A stretch of 64,000 bases of DNA from Spirochaetia bacterium (GCA_038204425.1 JBBRCZ010000008.1:1-64000), one strand, 5' to 3'; positions 8,027 to 18,097 are shown, counted from the first letter of the stretch. The notes: a model not told the origin generated them from the sequence alone. Program-made: numbers and translations.

Positions 8027-10870
8027 GTGAACAACGTGTTTAGAAAACTATTGTGTTTGATGTTTGCAATGTCCTGTTTGATCTCGACCTCTTGGACTCA
8101 GATTTTTTCTCCAGCGCGGCCCTTGCTTTCATTAAAAACAGAACATTTTGAGTTTATCTTCCCTGCTGAACTTGAATCAGAGACACGCGACCTAGCGATC
8201 TTTGGCGAGGCGGCTTATGCTCGCATACGTGTCCTGCTTGCTGACCAATCCAATCGATCGCTAATCCCCGTCGTCTTGACCCCCGACATTGACTACGCTA
8301 ACGGATTTGCGTCTACCACACCTTACACAAGCATAGTTTTGTATGTAACACCAACCGAGCTCAATAGTACCATTGGCAACTTTAACCATGATCTCAAGTC
8401 AGTTTTTTTTCATGAACTAGTTCACGCCATCTCTCTCACTATAAAGAATCCTTTTTTTGAATTTTTTGCCGGACTGTTTGGGCCAGCTATTGCTCCGCAG
8501 GTGTTTACCTTGCCGGTTTTGATGATAGAGGGTGTTACCGTATCCTATGAGAGCCAGGACGGCTTTGGTCGGGTTAACGATCCATGGGTGCGTCAGTATT
8601 TGCAACAAGCACTCTTGCAAAACCAATTTATGAGCCCCTGGGAAACTTGGAGTGATGATCAAAGCTACCCTTTTGGTAGCGCTGGCTATTGGTATGGGGG
8701 TTTTTTTAATGCTTACTTACAAGAAACATTTGGCCATGAGACCTACGCTCTTTTGTGGAAGCAATTTAGTTCAGCAGTCTTTCTAACAGGCGAGCCTTTT
8801 TTGGATCAGAGCAATGCGATTGAAACCGTCTATGGAAAAAGCATAGAAGAGCTTTGGGAAGCATTTAAAGTCTGGCTGAGACCTGACTTCCCCATCCATA
8901 TCCAAGGCCAACTGGCAAATCTTGACACTAAACGTATTTCACACCTAAGCGGTGATGGTTCGTCGTTATATTTTTTTGCTAGTTCTAGCAGTGCTGTTTA
9001 CCGTTGGACTCCAACAAGCAAGGAACCCGAGTTCCTTTTTTATAGCGACGGTCTACTTAACAGGTTGGACGTATCGCCTGACAAAAGCAAGCTTTTGGTT
9101 TCGACAGGTGCTGTTGAAGACGGTGTCGCTCGCTATCGTCTGCGTGTCTTTGATCTTCAAACTAAAGCATTTACCGATTTTTCAAAACGTTCACTCAGCC
9201 AAGCCGGCTGGGCAGGCGATGCGATCGTAGCTCTCAGACGTCGTGTTGGCGTAAACGATCTAGTACTTATTGATAGTAATGGAACTGAACAAGTTTTGCT
9301 CGCTGGTGCATTGCACCGCAATTTTTCTGAGCCAACAAGCGTCGACGGCAAAACCGTCTACGTGATTGTCAGAGAAAACGGCCAGCGAAGCATTCTCAAG
9401 ATAGACGCAATCAGTAAGGCAATCCAAATAGCCAAACCTGACCAGTCTCTTGGTCAAATCCGTTATTTGAGCCGTAGCGCAGCTTCTATCTGGTTGTCAT
9501 ACAGCAAGGCAGAAGGCTTTTACTCGCCACTAAAGATTGATAATAACAACTTTGACTTGTTAGAAGACAATGTATCTGGCGGGCTGTTTGCGGTGCAAGA
9601 AATGGCCGACCAAAGCCTCTGGGGCATGTCTTTGATGGCAGAAGGTTATCAGCTAAGCAGGTTTCCTCAAGCTCTCAGCAAAAAAACAAAAACAATTGCC
9701 GCCAATTGGCAGCCGTACCTAGTTCAAAGTGAGCAAGTAGATCTGCCAACATGGACGAACGAGCAGCCACAGACCCTGCCGACGACAGGTGCCTACTTGC
9801 CTTTAGAATGGATGCTTCCTCGCTTATGGTTTCCCTTGCTTAGTTTGGACCTTGAGGCTCTCAGTCCAGCCTTGCGTGCCGACACTATGATTGGCCTTAC
9901 CACCTACTCAAGTGATCCAGCATTGACAGAGAACCTGCTGCTAGAACTCGGCTTCTATCCAAAGCGACTTTTTACCCATCTGTCAATTAATTATCAAAAT
10001 AGACAATCGGTGTTGAGCAGCTCATTAACGGCCAAAGACATCTTGTTAAGCGCCGCACAAGTAGAAAACAGCTATCGCCAAAGCTCCTTCCAACTAGAGT
10101 TTGCTCGGCCAATCTTTGCAGACCTTGCTTGGCAACAGGTCACTCCCTATGCTCGACTGGCTTGGGCGGCCGAATGGGACTACCTTGCTGGATTGAGCTC
10201 GGCCTATGAATGGCCATTGAGCCACACTTGGTTAAACGCTTCTTTGGGGTTTAGGTTTAGTTCTAACAACCCCGGCAATGATCTTTCCAAGCCCAATGGC
10301 AGCTTTTTTGCCAATCTTAACGTTGCAGGTGCACTTGATTTACTCGATAGTAGCCAAGCGCCATGGCTAGTTTCGGCCAATATTTCTACAAGCCTGCCAG
10401 TTGTGCCCTTTGATCTCGACCTTCAGGCCGCTTGGAGTCCGCAGATTAAGTTTGGTCCACGCGGCGTCACACGACAAAGCGCCGAACAAGCTTGGTATGG
10501 ATTATTTAATAGTTGGCAGTCCTATGCCGAATTTGCGCACCTGCCAATTTTGGACAGCTGGTTTGTTTCGGCCGACTTAGGCTATCGACTGTTTGACCTT
10601 GAGTTTGCCACCAAGACCGCACTATTTGACCAATTGCTGCTAAAAGGCCTACGCATAAAAACTGGGCTTCGAGGACTTTATCTGGGTCAGGAACTCAACG
10701 TTTCTAGTTATCTGCGTGCTATTGCTTTCTTGCTACCTAACAGCGAAACCATAGTCGGAAGGGTAAACCTAGTTCCCTATGCCGAGGCGTCGTTTTTGTG
10801 GGACAATCACAATCCTTTGCAAAGTCCTGGCAAATGGATGTTTTCTGCTGGACTGAGTATCGGACTTTAG
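8027..10870 (+). CDS. Secreted protein with an N-terminal gluzincin-like HExxH domain, a TolB/WD40-like propeller region and a possible C-terminal beta-barrel
   Basis: Signal peptide, TEHFEFIFP, HELVH...IEG, LDVSPDKSKLLVS repeat-like segment, and alternating aromatic/hydrophobic strands ending MFSAGLSIGL. Confidence 0.6.
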   Translation: MNNVFRKLLCLMFAMSCLISTSWTQIFSPARPLLSLKTEHFEFIFPAELESETRDLAIFGEAAYARIRVLLADQSNRSLIPVVLTPDIDYANGFASTTPYTSIVLYVTPTELNSTIGNFNHDLKSVFFHELVHAISLTIKNPFFEFFAGLFGPAIAPQVFTLPVLMIEGVTVSYESQDGFGRVNDPWVRQYLQQALLQNQFMSPWETWSDDQSYPFGSAGYWYGGFFNAYLQETFGHETYALLWKQFSSAVFLTGEPFLDQSNAIETVYGKSIEELWEAFKVWLRPDFPIHIQGQLANLDTKRISHLSGDGSSLYFFASSSSAVYRWTPTSKEPEFLFYSDGLLNRLDVSPDKSKLLVSTGAVEDGVARYRLRVFDLQTKAFTDFSKRSLSQAGWAGDAIVALRRRVGVNDLVLIDSNGTEQVLLAGALHRNFSEPTSVDGKTVYVIVRENGQRSILKIDAISKAIQIAKPDQSLGQIRYLSRSAASIWLSYSKAEGFYSPLKIDNNNFDLLEDNVSGGLFAVQEMADQSLWGMSLMAEGYQLSRFPQALSKKTKTIAANWQPYLVQSEQVDLPTWTNEQPQTLPTTGAYLPLEWMLPRLWFPLLSLDLEALSPALRADTMIGLTTYSSDPALTENLLLELGFYPKRLFTHLSINYQNRQSVLSSSLTAKDILLSAAQVENSYRQSSFQLEFARPIFADLAWQQVTPYARLAWAAEWDYLAGLSSAYEWPLSHTWLNASLGFRFSSNNPGNDLSKPNGSFFANLNVAGALDLLDSSQAPWLVSANISTSLPVVPFDLDLQAAWSPQIKFGPRGVTRQSAEQAWYGLFNSWQSYAEFAHLPILDSWFVSADLGYRLFDLEFATKTALFDQLLLKGLRIKTGLRGLYLGQELNVSSYLRAIAFLLPNSETIVGRVNLVPYAEASFLWDNHNPLQSPGKWMFSAGLSIGL

Positions 10871-10932
10871 ATCCTTGTCATTTTGTCCATGTTTCGTGGT
10901 AAAAAAGTAATATGAAATAGTCCCTTTCTGAC

Positions 10933-10958
10933 TATAATGATGAGCATAGAGGTAATAA
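10933..10958 (+). promoter_or_regulatory. Putative sigma70 -10 element and RBS for the desaturase-like operon
   Basis: Perfect TATAAT at 10933-10938 in an AT-rich intergenic region, with AGAGGT before the ATG at 10959. No clear -35. Confidence 0.4.
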
Positions 10959-11969
10959 ATGAACGAACCTTCTGAAACTCTAAGAAAAAACACCTGGTAT
11001 GAATGTGATATTCCAAAAAAAGAGCTCAACAGCTATATGAAGCGCTCAAATACACCCGCGGCTTTGCACATTGGCCTGTGGTTAGTGCTTTTGATCGGAA
11101 CTGGCGTTCTTTCGTCAGTGTTTTTTTTACAAGGAAATCTGTGGTGCATTCTAACTTTTGCAATTTATGGTGTGCTTTATTCTGCTGCCGACGCTCGAAC
11201 CCATGAAACAGTGCACGGAACACCATTTAAAACCTCGTGGATCAACACTGCCGTTTGTTGGTTTGCAGCTTTAATTGATTTAATGAACCCGGTAATCTGG
11301 CGTTGGAGTCATAGTCGCCATCATTCTTGGACAATGCACAAAGGCGATGATCCAGAAATTTCGGTGCCGCGGCCGCCGAATGTCTTCCTAATTGCGCTTG
11401 AGTTCTTTCACTTGCATAAAGTTTGGTACAAGCTTGCTTATATGTTTGCCCATGCGTTGGGTATCAAGACCAAACTTGCCAAAATGGTGGTACCCGAAGA
11501 CGAGATGCATAATCTCTTTTGGGCAGCTCGCGTAAACGTTTTGGTCTTGACAGCAGTTATTGTGGCCACGGTTCTCAGTCAGAGCATCTTGCCATTTTTG
11601 CTCTATGGCCTGCCACGGATCTATGGTGGCTATATCCAGTGGATGATGATCCTTTTGCAACATGCCGGGCTAGAAGAAGACGTGTGGGATCATCGTTTGG
11701 TTTGTAGAACCGTAATTATGAACCCTGTCTTTGGTTTTCTTTACATGAATATGCAGTATCATACAGAGCATCATCTTTATCCGCTGATTCCATTTCATGC
11801 GCTGCCGGCCTTTCACCAACGTGTCAAAAGCCAACTACCGCAGACCTACCCCAATCTTTGGTCTGCCTACAAGGACCTTATTCCTGTTTTGCTTCGTCAA
11901 CGAAAACAGACTGATTTTTTCTTGGTCCGCGAGCTTCCCATGGTTCAAACCCAGGGAGTTCAAGAGTGA
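10959..11969 (+). CDS. Membrane di-iron desaturase/hydroxylase family protein, MocD-like
   Basis: His boxes HETVH, HSRHH, QH and HTEHH with transmembrane segments. The WYECDIPKKELNSYMKRSN start resembles the MocD subfamily. Confidence 0.85.
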   Translation: MNEPSETLRKNTWYECDIPKKELNSYMKRSNTPAALHIGLWLVLLIGTGVLSSVFFLQGNLWCILTFAIYGVLYSAADARTHETVHGTPFKTSWINTAVCWFAALIDLMNPVIWRWSHSRHHSWTMHKGDDPEISVPRPPNVFLIALEFFHLHKVWYKLAYMFAHALGIKTKLAKMVVPEDEMHNLFWAARVNVLVLTAVIVATVLSQSILPFLLYGLPRIYGGYIQWMMILLQHAGLEEDVWDHRLVCRTVIMNPVFGFLYMNMQYHTEHHLYPLIPFHALPAFHQRVKSQLPQTYPNLWSAYKDLIPVLLRQRKQTDFFLVRELPMVQTQGVQE

Positions 11970-12283
11970 GTATTGATTGGGTAGATGCAGTTTCAAAAAC
12001 GAACTTGGACAATGAAGAAATGCTTGCATTTGAACACAAGGGCAAGCAAATTGCCCTGTATAGTCTCGATGACGGCTACTATGCAACTGATGCACTTTGT
12101 ACACACGAACAAGCGCCGCTGTGCAACGGCTTTTTGGATGATGGCATTATCGAATGCCCTAAGCACAATGCGCGCTTTGACGTGAGGACTGGTAAAGTAC
12201 TGCGAAAACCTGCCAAGGAAAACCTCGTTAGCTACCCTACCAAGATAGAAGGGGATAGGCTGTTTGTTGGAATAGAGTCCTAA
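11966..12283 (+). CDS. Rieske [2Fe-2S] ferredoxin, MocE-like
   Basis: CTH and CPKH Rieske motifs in a 105 aa protein. GTGA start/stop overlap with the upstream gene. Confidence 0.92.
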   Translation: MSIDWVDAVSKTNLDNEEMLAFEHKGKQIALYSLDDGYYATDALCTHEQAPLCNGFLDDGIIECPKHNARFDVRTGKVLRKPAKENLVSYPTKIEGDRLFVGIES

Positions 12284-12287
12284 GCCA

Positions 12288-13106
12288 ATGCAATTGCTAT
12301 TTTTTTGTCCTCTCTGGGGGAGTGAAAACCTTGCCTTTGAGCAGTTTTGCAAGCAGGTAAAAACTGCAGGCTTTGATGGTGTTGAGCTGAGTTTTGCTCT
12401 CGGCGACAAGGTGGCCCGTGACGAGCGGCTGCGCATCCTTGCTGACTTTGAGCTTAAGCACATAGCCCAACATTGGCAAACGATAAATGCCAACTTGGAT
12501 GAGCATCGCGCAGAGTTTGTGGCTCACCTAGATTTTCTGGCCAGCACCAATCCACTCTTTATCAATAGCCAAAGTGGACGGGACTGGTTTAGCAAAGAAG
12601 AGAATCTTTGGCTGTTGGATCAAGCAAGTGAGCGGGCCTCGGTCCATGGACTTAAAATCGTACATGAAACTCACCGTGGTAAATTTTCATTTAGCGCTCG
12701 CAGCACGTATGAGGTTCTGCAATCACGGCCCGATCTTCGCTTGACGGCTGATTTTTCGCATTGGTGCTGCGTCTCAGAATCACTTCTGGAAGACCAAGAA
12801 CTTTTTGTTCAAGCAGCCATCGAACGCGCTGATCACCTACACGCCAGAGTTGGTTTTGCTGAAGGTCCGCAAATTGTTGATCCTCGCGCGCCAGAGTGGC
12901 TGGGCACTGTCAATGCTCACTTGGTTTGGTGGGACCAAATAGTGGCTCAACACCTCGCCAAAGGTAGTCAACTATTGACTGTTTGTCCTGAGTTTGGACC
13001 CTGGCCATATATGGTACACCAAGCTTGGACGCAAGAACCGGTCGCTAGCCAGTGGGAATGTAATCTGCATATGCTCAACATGCTTCGGTCACGCTGGCAA
13101 ATCTAG
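12288..13106 (+). CDS. Sugar phosphate isomerase/epimerase (xylose isomerase-like TIM barrel)
   Basis: AGFDGVE, HETHRG, LTADFSHW, HLHARVG and PEFGP metal-binding pattern. Confidence 0.8.
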   Translation: MQLLFFCPLWGSENLAFEQFCKQVKTAGFDGVELSFALGDKVARDERLRILADFELKHIAQHWQTINANLDEHRAEFVAHLDFLASTNPLFINSQSGRDWFSKEENLWLLDQASERASVHGLKIVHETHRGKFSFSARSTYEVLQSRPDLRLTADFSHWCCVSESLLEDQELFVQAAIERADHLHARVGFAEGPQIVDPRAPEWLGTVNAHLVWWDQIVAQHLAKGSQLLTVCPEFGPWPYMVHQAWTQEPVASQWECNLHMLNMLRSRWQI

Positions 13107-13196
13107 AGCAAGTCTTATGGCTAGGCCTTAAGTGGCCGATACCTGTAAGCAAAGCCTGCACTACTTGGCAATATGCTTTCTTAGGGGTCACGCACA

Positions 13197-14696
13197 ATGA
13201 GCGAACAATCAGCCGCTGATTTGAGAAGAATTTACATAATTGGGGCTGGATTTTCCGGCACCATGATTGCGCGCGAGATCCAAAACAAAGGTGTCTTGGG
13301 CACGGTAGAAGCTTTTCTTGACGACGACCAATCAAAAATTGGCAGCCGCATCGAAGGCATTCCAGTCTTAGGGCCGATCAACGATGCCTTGCATTTTATG
13401 CGTCCAAACAACAACGATGAAGCTTTAATTGCTATGCCAAGTGCTAGTACTGAGCAAATTCGTGTGCTCTACGCGCTACTTTCTCGTTCCCGATTTGCAC
13501 GCATTAGAATCTTGCCAGCGGTTAGTCAAATCATTGAGGGTGGGGCCCACCTTATCCAAACTCGCGACCTTGACCCACAAGACTTGCTGTCAAGGCCGCC
13601 AGTGAGTATCGGACTCAGGCAGAGTCTGAGCTACCTGCGAGGCAAACGAGTATTGATAACGGGGGCTGGCGGCAGCATCGGCAGTGAACTGGCGCGCCAA
13701 CTTCTCTTGGGCGGAGCAGAGCGTCTTTATTTGCTTGGTCACGGTGAGAACTCCATCTATCAAATTGACCGTGAGCTGCGCGTCTTGCAAGAAGAAGGTG
13801 TTGGAGAAAAAGCCACCATAGTGCCGATTATTGGCGAACTGCAAGATCCAGACTATTTGGATTTTTTGCTCAGTCGTCTCAAGGCCGATGTTATCTTTCA
13901 CACTGCAGCCTATAAACATGTGCCAATGATGGAAGAAAATCCTGTCATGGCCATCAAGAATAATGTTTTTGGAACCCAGTTTTTGTTAGATGCCGCCGAG
14001 CGTGCCAAGATTGAACGATTTGTACTTGTTTCAACCGATAAAGTTGTCAGTCCTCAGAGCATCTATGGTGCTAGCAAGCGCATCGCCGAGGCCTTGGTAC
14101 TTAGCCGGGACAAACATTCTGAGACACGTTTTATGGTAGTCAGGTTTGGCAATGTCCTAGGCAGCCGCGGTTCCATAGTTCCCTTGTTTAGAAACCAGAT
14201 TCTAAAGGGTGGGCCAGTTACTATTACGCATCCTGACACGTCGCGATACTTTATGACCATCCCTGAGGCATCGTCTTTGGTTCTCAAGGCAGGGGGAGTT
14301 GGCGAGAGTGGTCGCTTGTATCTTTTGGATATGGGTGAGCCGCTTTTGATCAGAGACTTGGCGGAACAAATGATTAAGTTCTATGGATATGAGCCTGGCA
14401 GGGACATCCGACTGGCCTATATTGGGTTGCGCGAGGGCGAAAAAGTACATGAGTCTCTGCACGAAAACTGGGAAATAGTTAGTGAAACACCTTACGCCAG
14501 AATCAGAGAACTCAGCAAGTCACTGGAGTGGATTCGTAGTACTAGCAATCTAAACGAACTATTAGAAGAGCTTCGACCTGTCTGTTTCTTTGACCCACGC
14601 AAGTCAAGTTACTATAGAAACAGACGTTTAATTCGAAGTATCATTAGAAGCTATCTGCCGAGCGTTGCCGAAAAACCCAAAGAAGCGGAGTACTAA
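13197..14696 (+). CDS. Nucleoside-diphosphate sugar 4,6-dehydratase, CapD/PglF family, without the N-terminal membrane domain
   Basis: GAGFSG, TGAGGSIGSEL, HTAAYKHVP, STDK, YGASK, VRFGNVLGSRGS, RYFMTIPEA and GLREGEK motifs. Confidence 0.93.
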   Translation: MSEQSAADLRRIYIIGAGFSGTMIAREIQNKGVLGTVEAFLDDDQSKIGSRIEGIPVLGPINDALHFMRPNNNDEALIAMPSASTEQIRVLYALLSRSRFARIRILPAVSQIIEGGAHLIQTRDLDPQDLLSRPPVSIGLRQSLSYLRGKRVLITGAGGSIGSELARQLLLGGAERLYLLGHGENSIYQIDRELRVLQEEGVGEKATIVPIIGELQDPDYLDFLLSRLKADVIFHTAAYKHVPMMEENPVMAIKNNVFGTQFLLDAAERAKIERFVLVSTDKVVSPQSIYGASKRIAEALVLSRDKHSETRFMVVRFGNVLGSRGSIVPLFRNQILKGGPVTITHPDTSRYFMTIPEASSLVLKAGGVGESGRLYLLDMGEPLLIRDLAEQMIKFYGYEPGRDIRLAYIGLREGEKVHESLHENWEIVSETPYARIRELSKSLEWIRSTSNLNELLEELRPVCFFDPRKSSYYRNRRLIRSIIRSYLPSVAEKPKEAEY

Positions 14697-15935
14697 GTGA
14701 TGGCACGTGAGCCAATTCCATTTGCACGACCAAGTTTGGGCCCGGAAGAAGAAGAGGCCGCGATTCGCGTTTTGCGATCGGGTTGGTTAACAACCGCGGC
14801 TGAGTGCCAGGCTTTTGAAGCTGAATTTGCACAGGCAACAAAGATGAACCAAGCTTTGGCGGTAAACTCAGCAACCTCGGGCCTGCACTTAGCTTTGGAA
14901 GCGCTCGGCATCCGAGCTGGCGACCAGATTGCAGTCAGTCCTTACACATTTACCGCTAGCTGCGAAATCATGCGCTACTTGGGCGCCGATCCGCTTTTTG
15001 TCGACATCGCGCCTGACAGTTTTCATATGGACCCGATGCTTCTCGAGTTGGCAATAATTAGAGACAGAAGCCAAGGTGAACCACGCATAAAGGCCATCAT
15101 GCCGGTCCATATCGGCGGTCTTGGATTGTTTGAAGATGATTACTTGCGGATTTCAGAAAAGTACCAAATCCCACTGGTAGAAGATGCTGCCCACGCTTTT
15201 CCCTCTCGCAGGATCAGTACTGTTTTGGGTGAGTCTAAGGAACATTGGCTTGGTTGCGAAGGTGAGATTGGTGTCTATTCTTTCTATGCTAACAAAACCA
15301 TTACCACGGCAGAAGGTGGCATGATAGTCAGCCGCAACCCTGCCTTGATTGACCGCATGAAGACTATGCGTCTGCATGGCATTGATCGAGAGGTTTGGAA
15401 CCGCTTTACCAGCAAGTCAAGTCAATGGCGTTATGCGGTTGTCGAACCTGGTTACAAGTACAACTTGAGCGACCTGCAGGCTGCCATTGGGCGTGAGCAA
15501 CTCAAAAAGGCAGACCTTTTTGCCAAACAGCGCCAATCCCTTGCTGCTCGCTACCTAGACGCCTTTGAAAAACGTGACTGGCTGCATTTGCCACCTCACG
15601 CCCCGCGTCACCTCGAGACCGACAATCACGAACATTCCTGGCATTTGTTTAGTGTCAGGCTGCGACTAGAAGCTTTGTCGATCAGCAGAGATGATTTTTT
15701 GCAGAATCTAAGTCACAAGGGGATCGGCTGCTCAGTGCACTACATACCACTCCATATGATGCCCTACTATCAAACTCGTCTTGGTCACCAAGACCTTGAT
15801 TTTCCTCAAAGCCACAAAACTTTTTTGCAGGTCCTCAGCTTACCAATCTGGCAAGGCCTAAGTAATGCAGATCAGGACTATGTGATTGAAGAATTCTTGA
15901 GAATCGGTGATAATCATCAGATAAAATGTCAATAA
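14697..15935 (+). CDS. DegT/DnrJ/EryC1/StrS PLP-dependent sugar aminotransferase
   Basis: SGWLT, NSATSGLHLAL, EDAAHA, SFYANKTITTAEGG (Schiff-base Lys), GYKYNLSD and SVHYIPLH motifs. Confidence 0.93.
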   Translation: MMAREPIPFARPSLGPEEEEAAIRVLRSGWLTTAAECQAFEAEFAQATKMNQALAVNSATSGLHLALEALGIRAGDQIAVSPYTFTASCEIMRYLGADPLFVDIAPDSFHMDPMLLELAIIRDRSQGEPRIKAIMPVHIGGLGLFEDDYLRISEKYQIPLVEDAAHAFPSRRISTVLGESKEHWLGCEGEIGVYSFYANKTITTAEGGMIVSRNPALIDRMKTMRLHGIDREVWNRFTSKSSQWRYAVVEPGYKYNLSDLQAAIGREQLKKADLFAKQRQSLAARYLDAFEKRDWLHLPPHAPRHLETDNHEHSWHLFSVRLRLEALSISRDDFLQNLSHKGIGCSVHYIPLHMMPYYQTRLGHQDLDFPQSHKTFLQVLSLPIWQGLSNADQDYVIEEFLRIGDNHQIKCQ

Positions 15936-18097
15936 ACAAGGCGCGCCCGCTACGTCGTGTAGTTCAAGAACAAAATCGATTTCTTTATAACCAAGACTTG
16001 GATACACCGTGGGAAATGGCTTTGATTAGACTCGACCATCAGGATGGGTCGCATTTTAGCTTGGGCTTGCCCGAAGACAGCGCTGACAACAAAGTGATAA
16101 GTGTCAGACCTGGCCACAAGTCGCGCACGATACACATCATCGAAGATGCCATACCCTTATTTGCCGAAAAGACAGTCCAATATGCCGGCCAGGTTGCCTG
16201 CCTTGCTATCGCCCGTGATAGCAAGGCTTTGCAAGCCCTTACTCAATCAATAAAAATAGCCTATCGAAGCGATGATCACGAGCACGAAAGCGATGGCGGA
16301 CTTTTGATGACTCATGCTCAAAAGACGATCAGCTTTGGTACGCCTAACGCCTACTTTGATCAAGCTTATACCAAAGTAACGTCTAGGCTTTTGATCGACA
16401 ACTACCAAGATCCAAGGCGTGAACCACGGGGTGCGCTTGCTGAGTGGAAAGACAATACCCTGACGGTGTGGTGTTCCAGCGCATGGCCACACATGGTAAA
16501 ACGCTGTGTAGCCGAAGCAACGGGTTTGGCACAGCGACACATTGTTATTATTTCAGTTCCCTCAAGCTACCTACCCGACCGCTTTTTGATTGACAGCACC
16601 ATGTATGCGTGCTACGTGGCAATTGGTGCCGTGAGTATTCAAGGACGTGCCAAACTCTTCTTATCTGAAGCCGAAGACCGGCGTTTTGCAAGCAAGCAAA
16701 GCCCAATAGACGTAGAACTTCAAAGTGCCCATGATCAAGACGGCAAAATGGTGGCCTTGCGCAGCACGGTCAGTATCGACCTAGGTCGCTACGCGTGTGC
16801 ATCAAACGAAATCATTCAACACTTGGCCTTGGGTTTGACATCTAGTTATCAGTGCCCCAATCAAGAACACCGACTCTTAGCGCTTGCCACAGCTTCAAGC
16901 CCGAGCTTTCCCAATTCCATGTTGGGCATGACCTTGGTTCAAGAAGCCTTGGAGCAGCATGTTCAGCAAATCTGCAGCCAACTTGCTCTTGATCCAATAC
17001 TCTGGCGCAAAGACAATCTACTGCAAAAAGGCCAAGAATGCCCCTACGGTACTAGTGCTGAGTCTTTTTATGCAGCTCATGAAGTCATAGATTCGGTCAG
17101 CAAGATGTCTGACTTTGCCAGAAAACACGCAAGCTGCGAGCTACTACGAAAAAAGCAACGCTATTCTCTCCACGCCCAAGACGCTATGCACAATCGACCT
17201 CGCGGAGTAGGACTCGCTATCGGAAGTCAAAGTCACGGCCTTTTGAGTTCTTTTGAGCTCAATCACCGTGCGCGAATCGATTTAACGATGTCCGACGATG
17301 GGCATCTAACTGTTCAAGCGCCGTTTCATGCTCACTATTCTGGATTGCGCGAACCCTGGCTGGCTTGCATCTACCAACTCTTAGGCATCGAAGAGCGCAA
17401 TGTCTCGTTTGCTCGCTTTAGCTCAGAAGACGTTGAAGACTCGGGCCCCTCGCGCTTTAGCCGTTTGGCGGCTCTACATTCGCCACTCTTGGCTCAGGCT
17501 TGTATCAACTTGCGCCACAAAATTCGCAGTCGTGTGCACCCTTTTGTCGCCCGAGCAAGCTACGTCAATCAAAAGCGCCTGACTTGGGATACGGCAGCCT
17601 TTAGAGGCAACCCATTTTTGGGAAGAACCTGGATAGCCGCAGTAATTGAACTTTCGCTTGATCAGATTGATCTGAGTGTCAGCGTAGATAGTGTTTGCCT
17701 GAGTGTTGCAGGCGGCTGCATACTCAACACCGAAAGCGCCAGGACCCACATCCGTCAAAGCGTCATCGCCTGTCTCGACTGGCTTAGTTCCAAACTCGCT
17801 CAACCAAATTTACTAAGCACCAGCACGGACCTCTATGCCAGCAATTTGGGTCATGGAGCTAAACGGCCAACTATCCAGATCCAATTTCAACAACCCGACA
17901 CTAAACCAGAACTACAGGCGCGATTTGCACATGCCGCTGCCATTGGCGAACTCGCCTTTGGAGCAATTCCAGCAGCCTTTCACAATGCCTTAGTGCAAAT
18001 TAGTGGAAGCAGCTTTACCAGTAGTTCGGTTGATTCACAACAGCTATTTCAAAAACTTTATCAAGCGTTAGATCAGGAGCCAGACCATGCGGGTTAA
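15926..18097 (+). CDS. Xanthine dehydrogenase/aldehyde oxidase family molybdopterin-binding (large) subunit, degenerate
   Basis: PLFAEKTVQYAGQ, EPRGALA, LDPILWRKDNL, RGVGLA, DSGP and IGELAF are recognisable. The Gly-rich Moco motifs are replaced. Confidence 0.75.
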   Translation: MSINKARPLRRVVQEQNRFLYNQDLDTPWEMALIRLDHQDGSHFSLGLPEDSADNKVISVRPGHKSRTIHIIEDAIPLFAEKTVQYAGQVACLAIARDSKALQALTQSIKIAYRSDDHEHESDGGLLMTHAQKTISFGTPNAYFDQAYTKVTSRLLIDNYQDPRREPRGALAEWKDNTLTVWCSSAWPHMVKRCVAEATGLAQRHIVIISVPSSYLPDRFLIDSTMYACYVAIGAVSIQGRAKLFLSEAEDRRFASKQSPIDVELQSAHDQDGKMVALRSTVSIDLGRYACASNEIIQHLALGLTSSYQCPNQEHRLLALATASSPSFPNSMLGMTLVQEALEQHVQQICSQLALDPILWRKDNLLQKGQECPYGTSAESFYAAHEVIDSVSKMSDFARKHASCELLRKKQRYSLHAQDAMHNRPRGVGLAIGSQSHGLLSSFELNHRARIDLTMSDDGHLTVQAPFHAHYSGLREPWLACIYQLLGIEERNVSFARFSSEDVEDSGPSRFSRLAALHSPLLAQACINLRHKIRSRVHPFVARASYVNQKRLTWDTAAFRGNPFLGRTWIAAVIELSLDQIDLSVSVDSVCLSVAGGCILNTESARTHIRQSVIACLDWLSSKLAQPNLLSTSTDLYASNLGHGAKRPTIQIQFQQPDTKPELQARFAHAAAIGELAFGAIPAAFHNALVQISGSSFTSSSVDSQQLFQKLYQALDQEPDHAG

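Noticed and set aside
14697..15935. DegT gene as the E1 (RfbH/DdhC) CDP-sugar 3-dehydrase that would complete the rfbFG dideoxysugar pathway
   Set aside because: It keeps the Schiff-base Lys (SFYANK) typical of aminotransferases. E1 has His at that position plus a Cys-rich Fe-S motif, which I do not see.
15926..18097. XDH large subunit as a pseudogene
   Set aside because: It is a full-length uninterrupted 723 aa frame with preserved overlaps to both neighbours. It is diverged but not broken.
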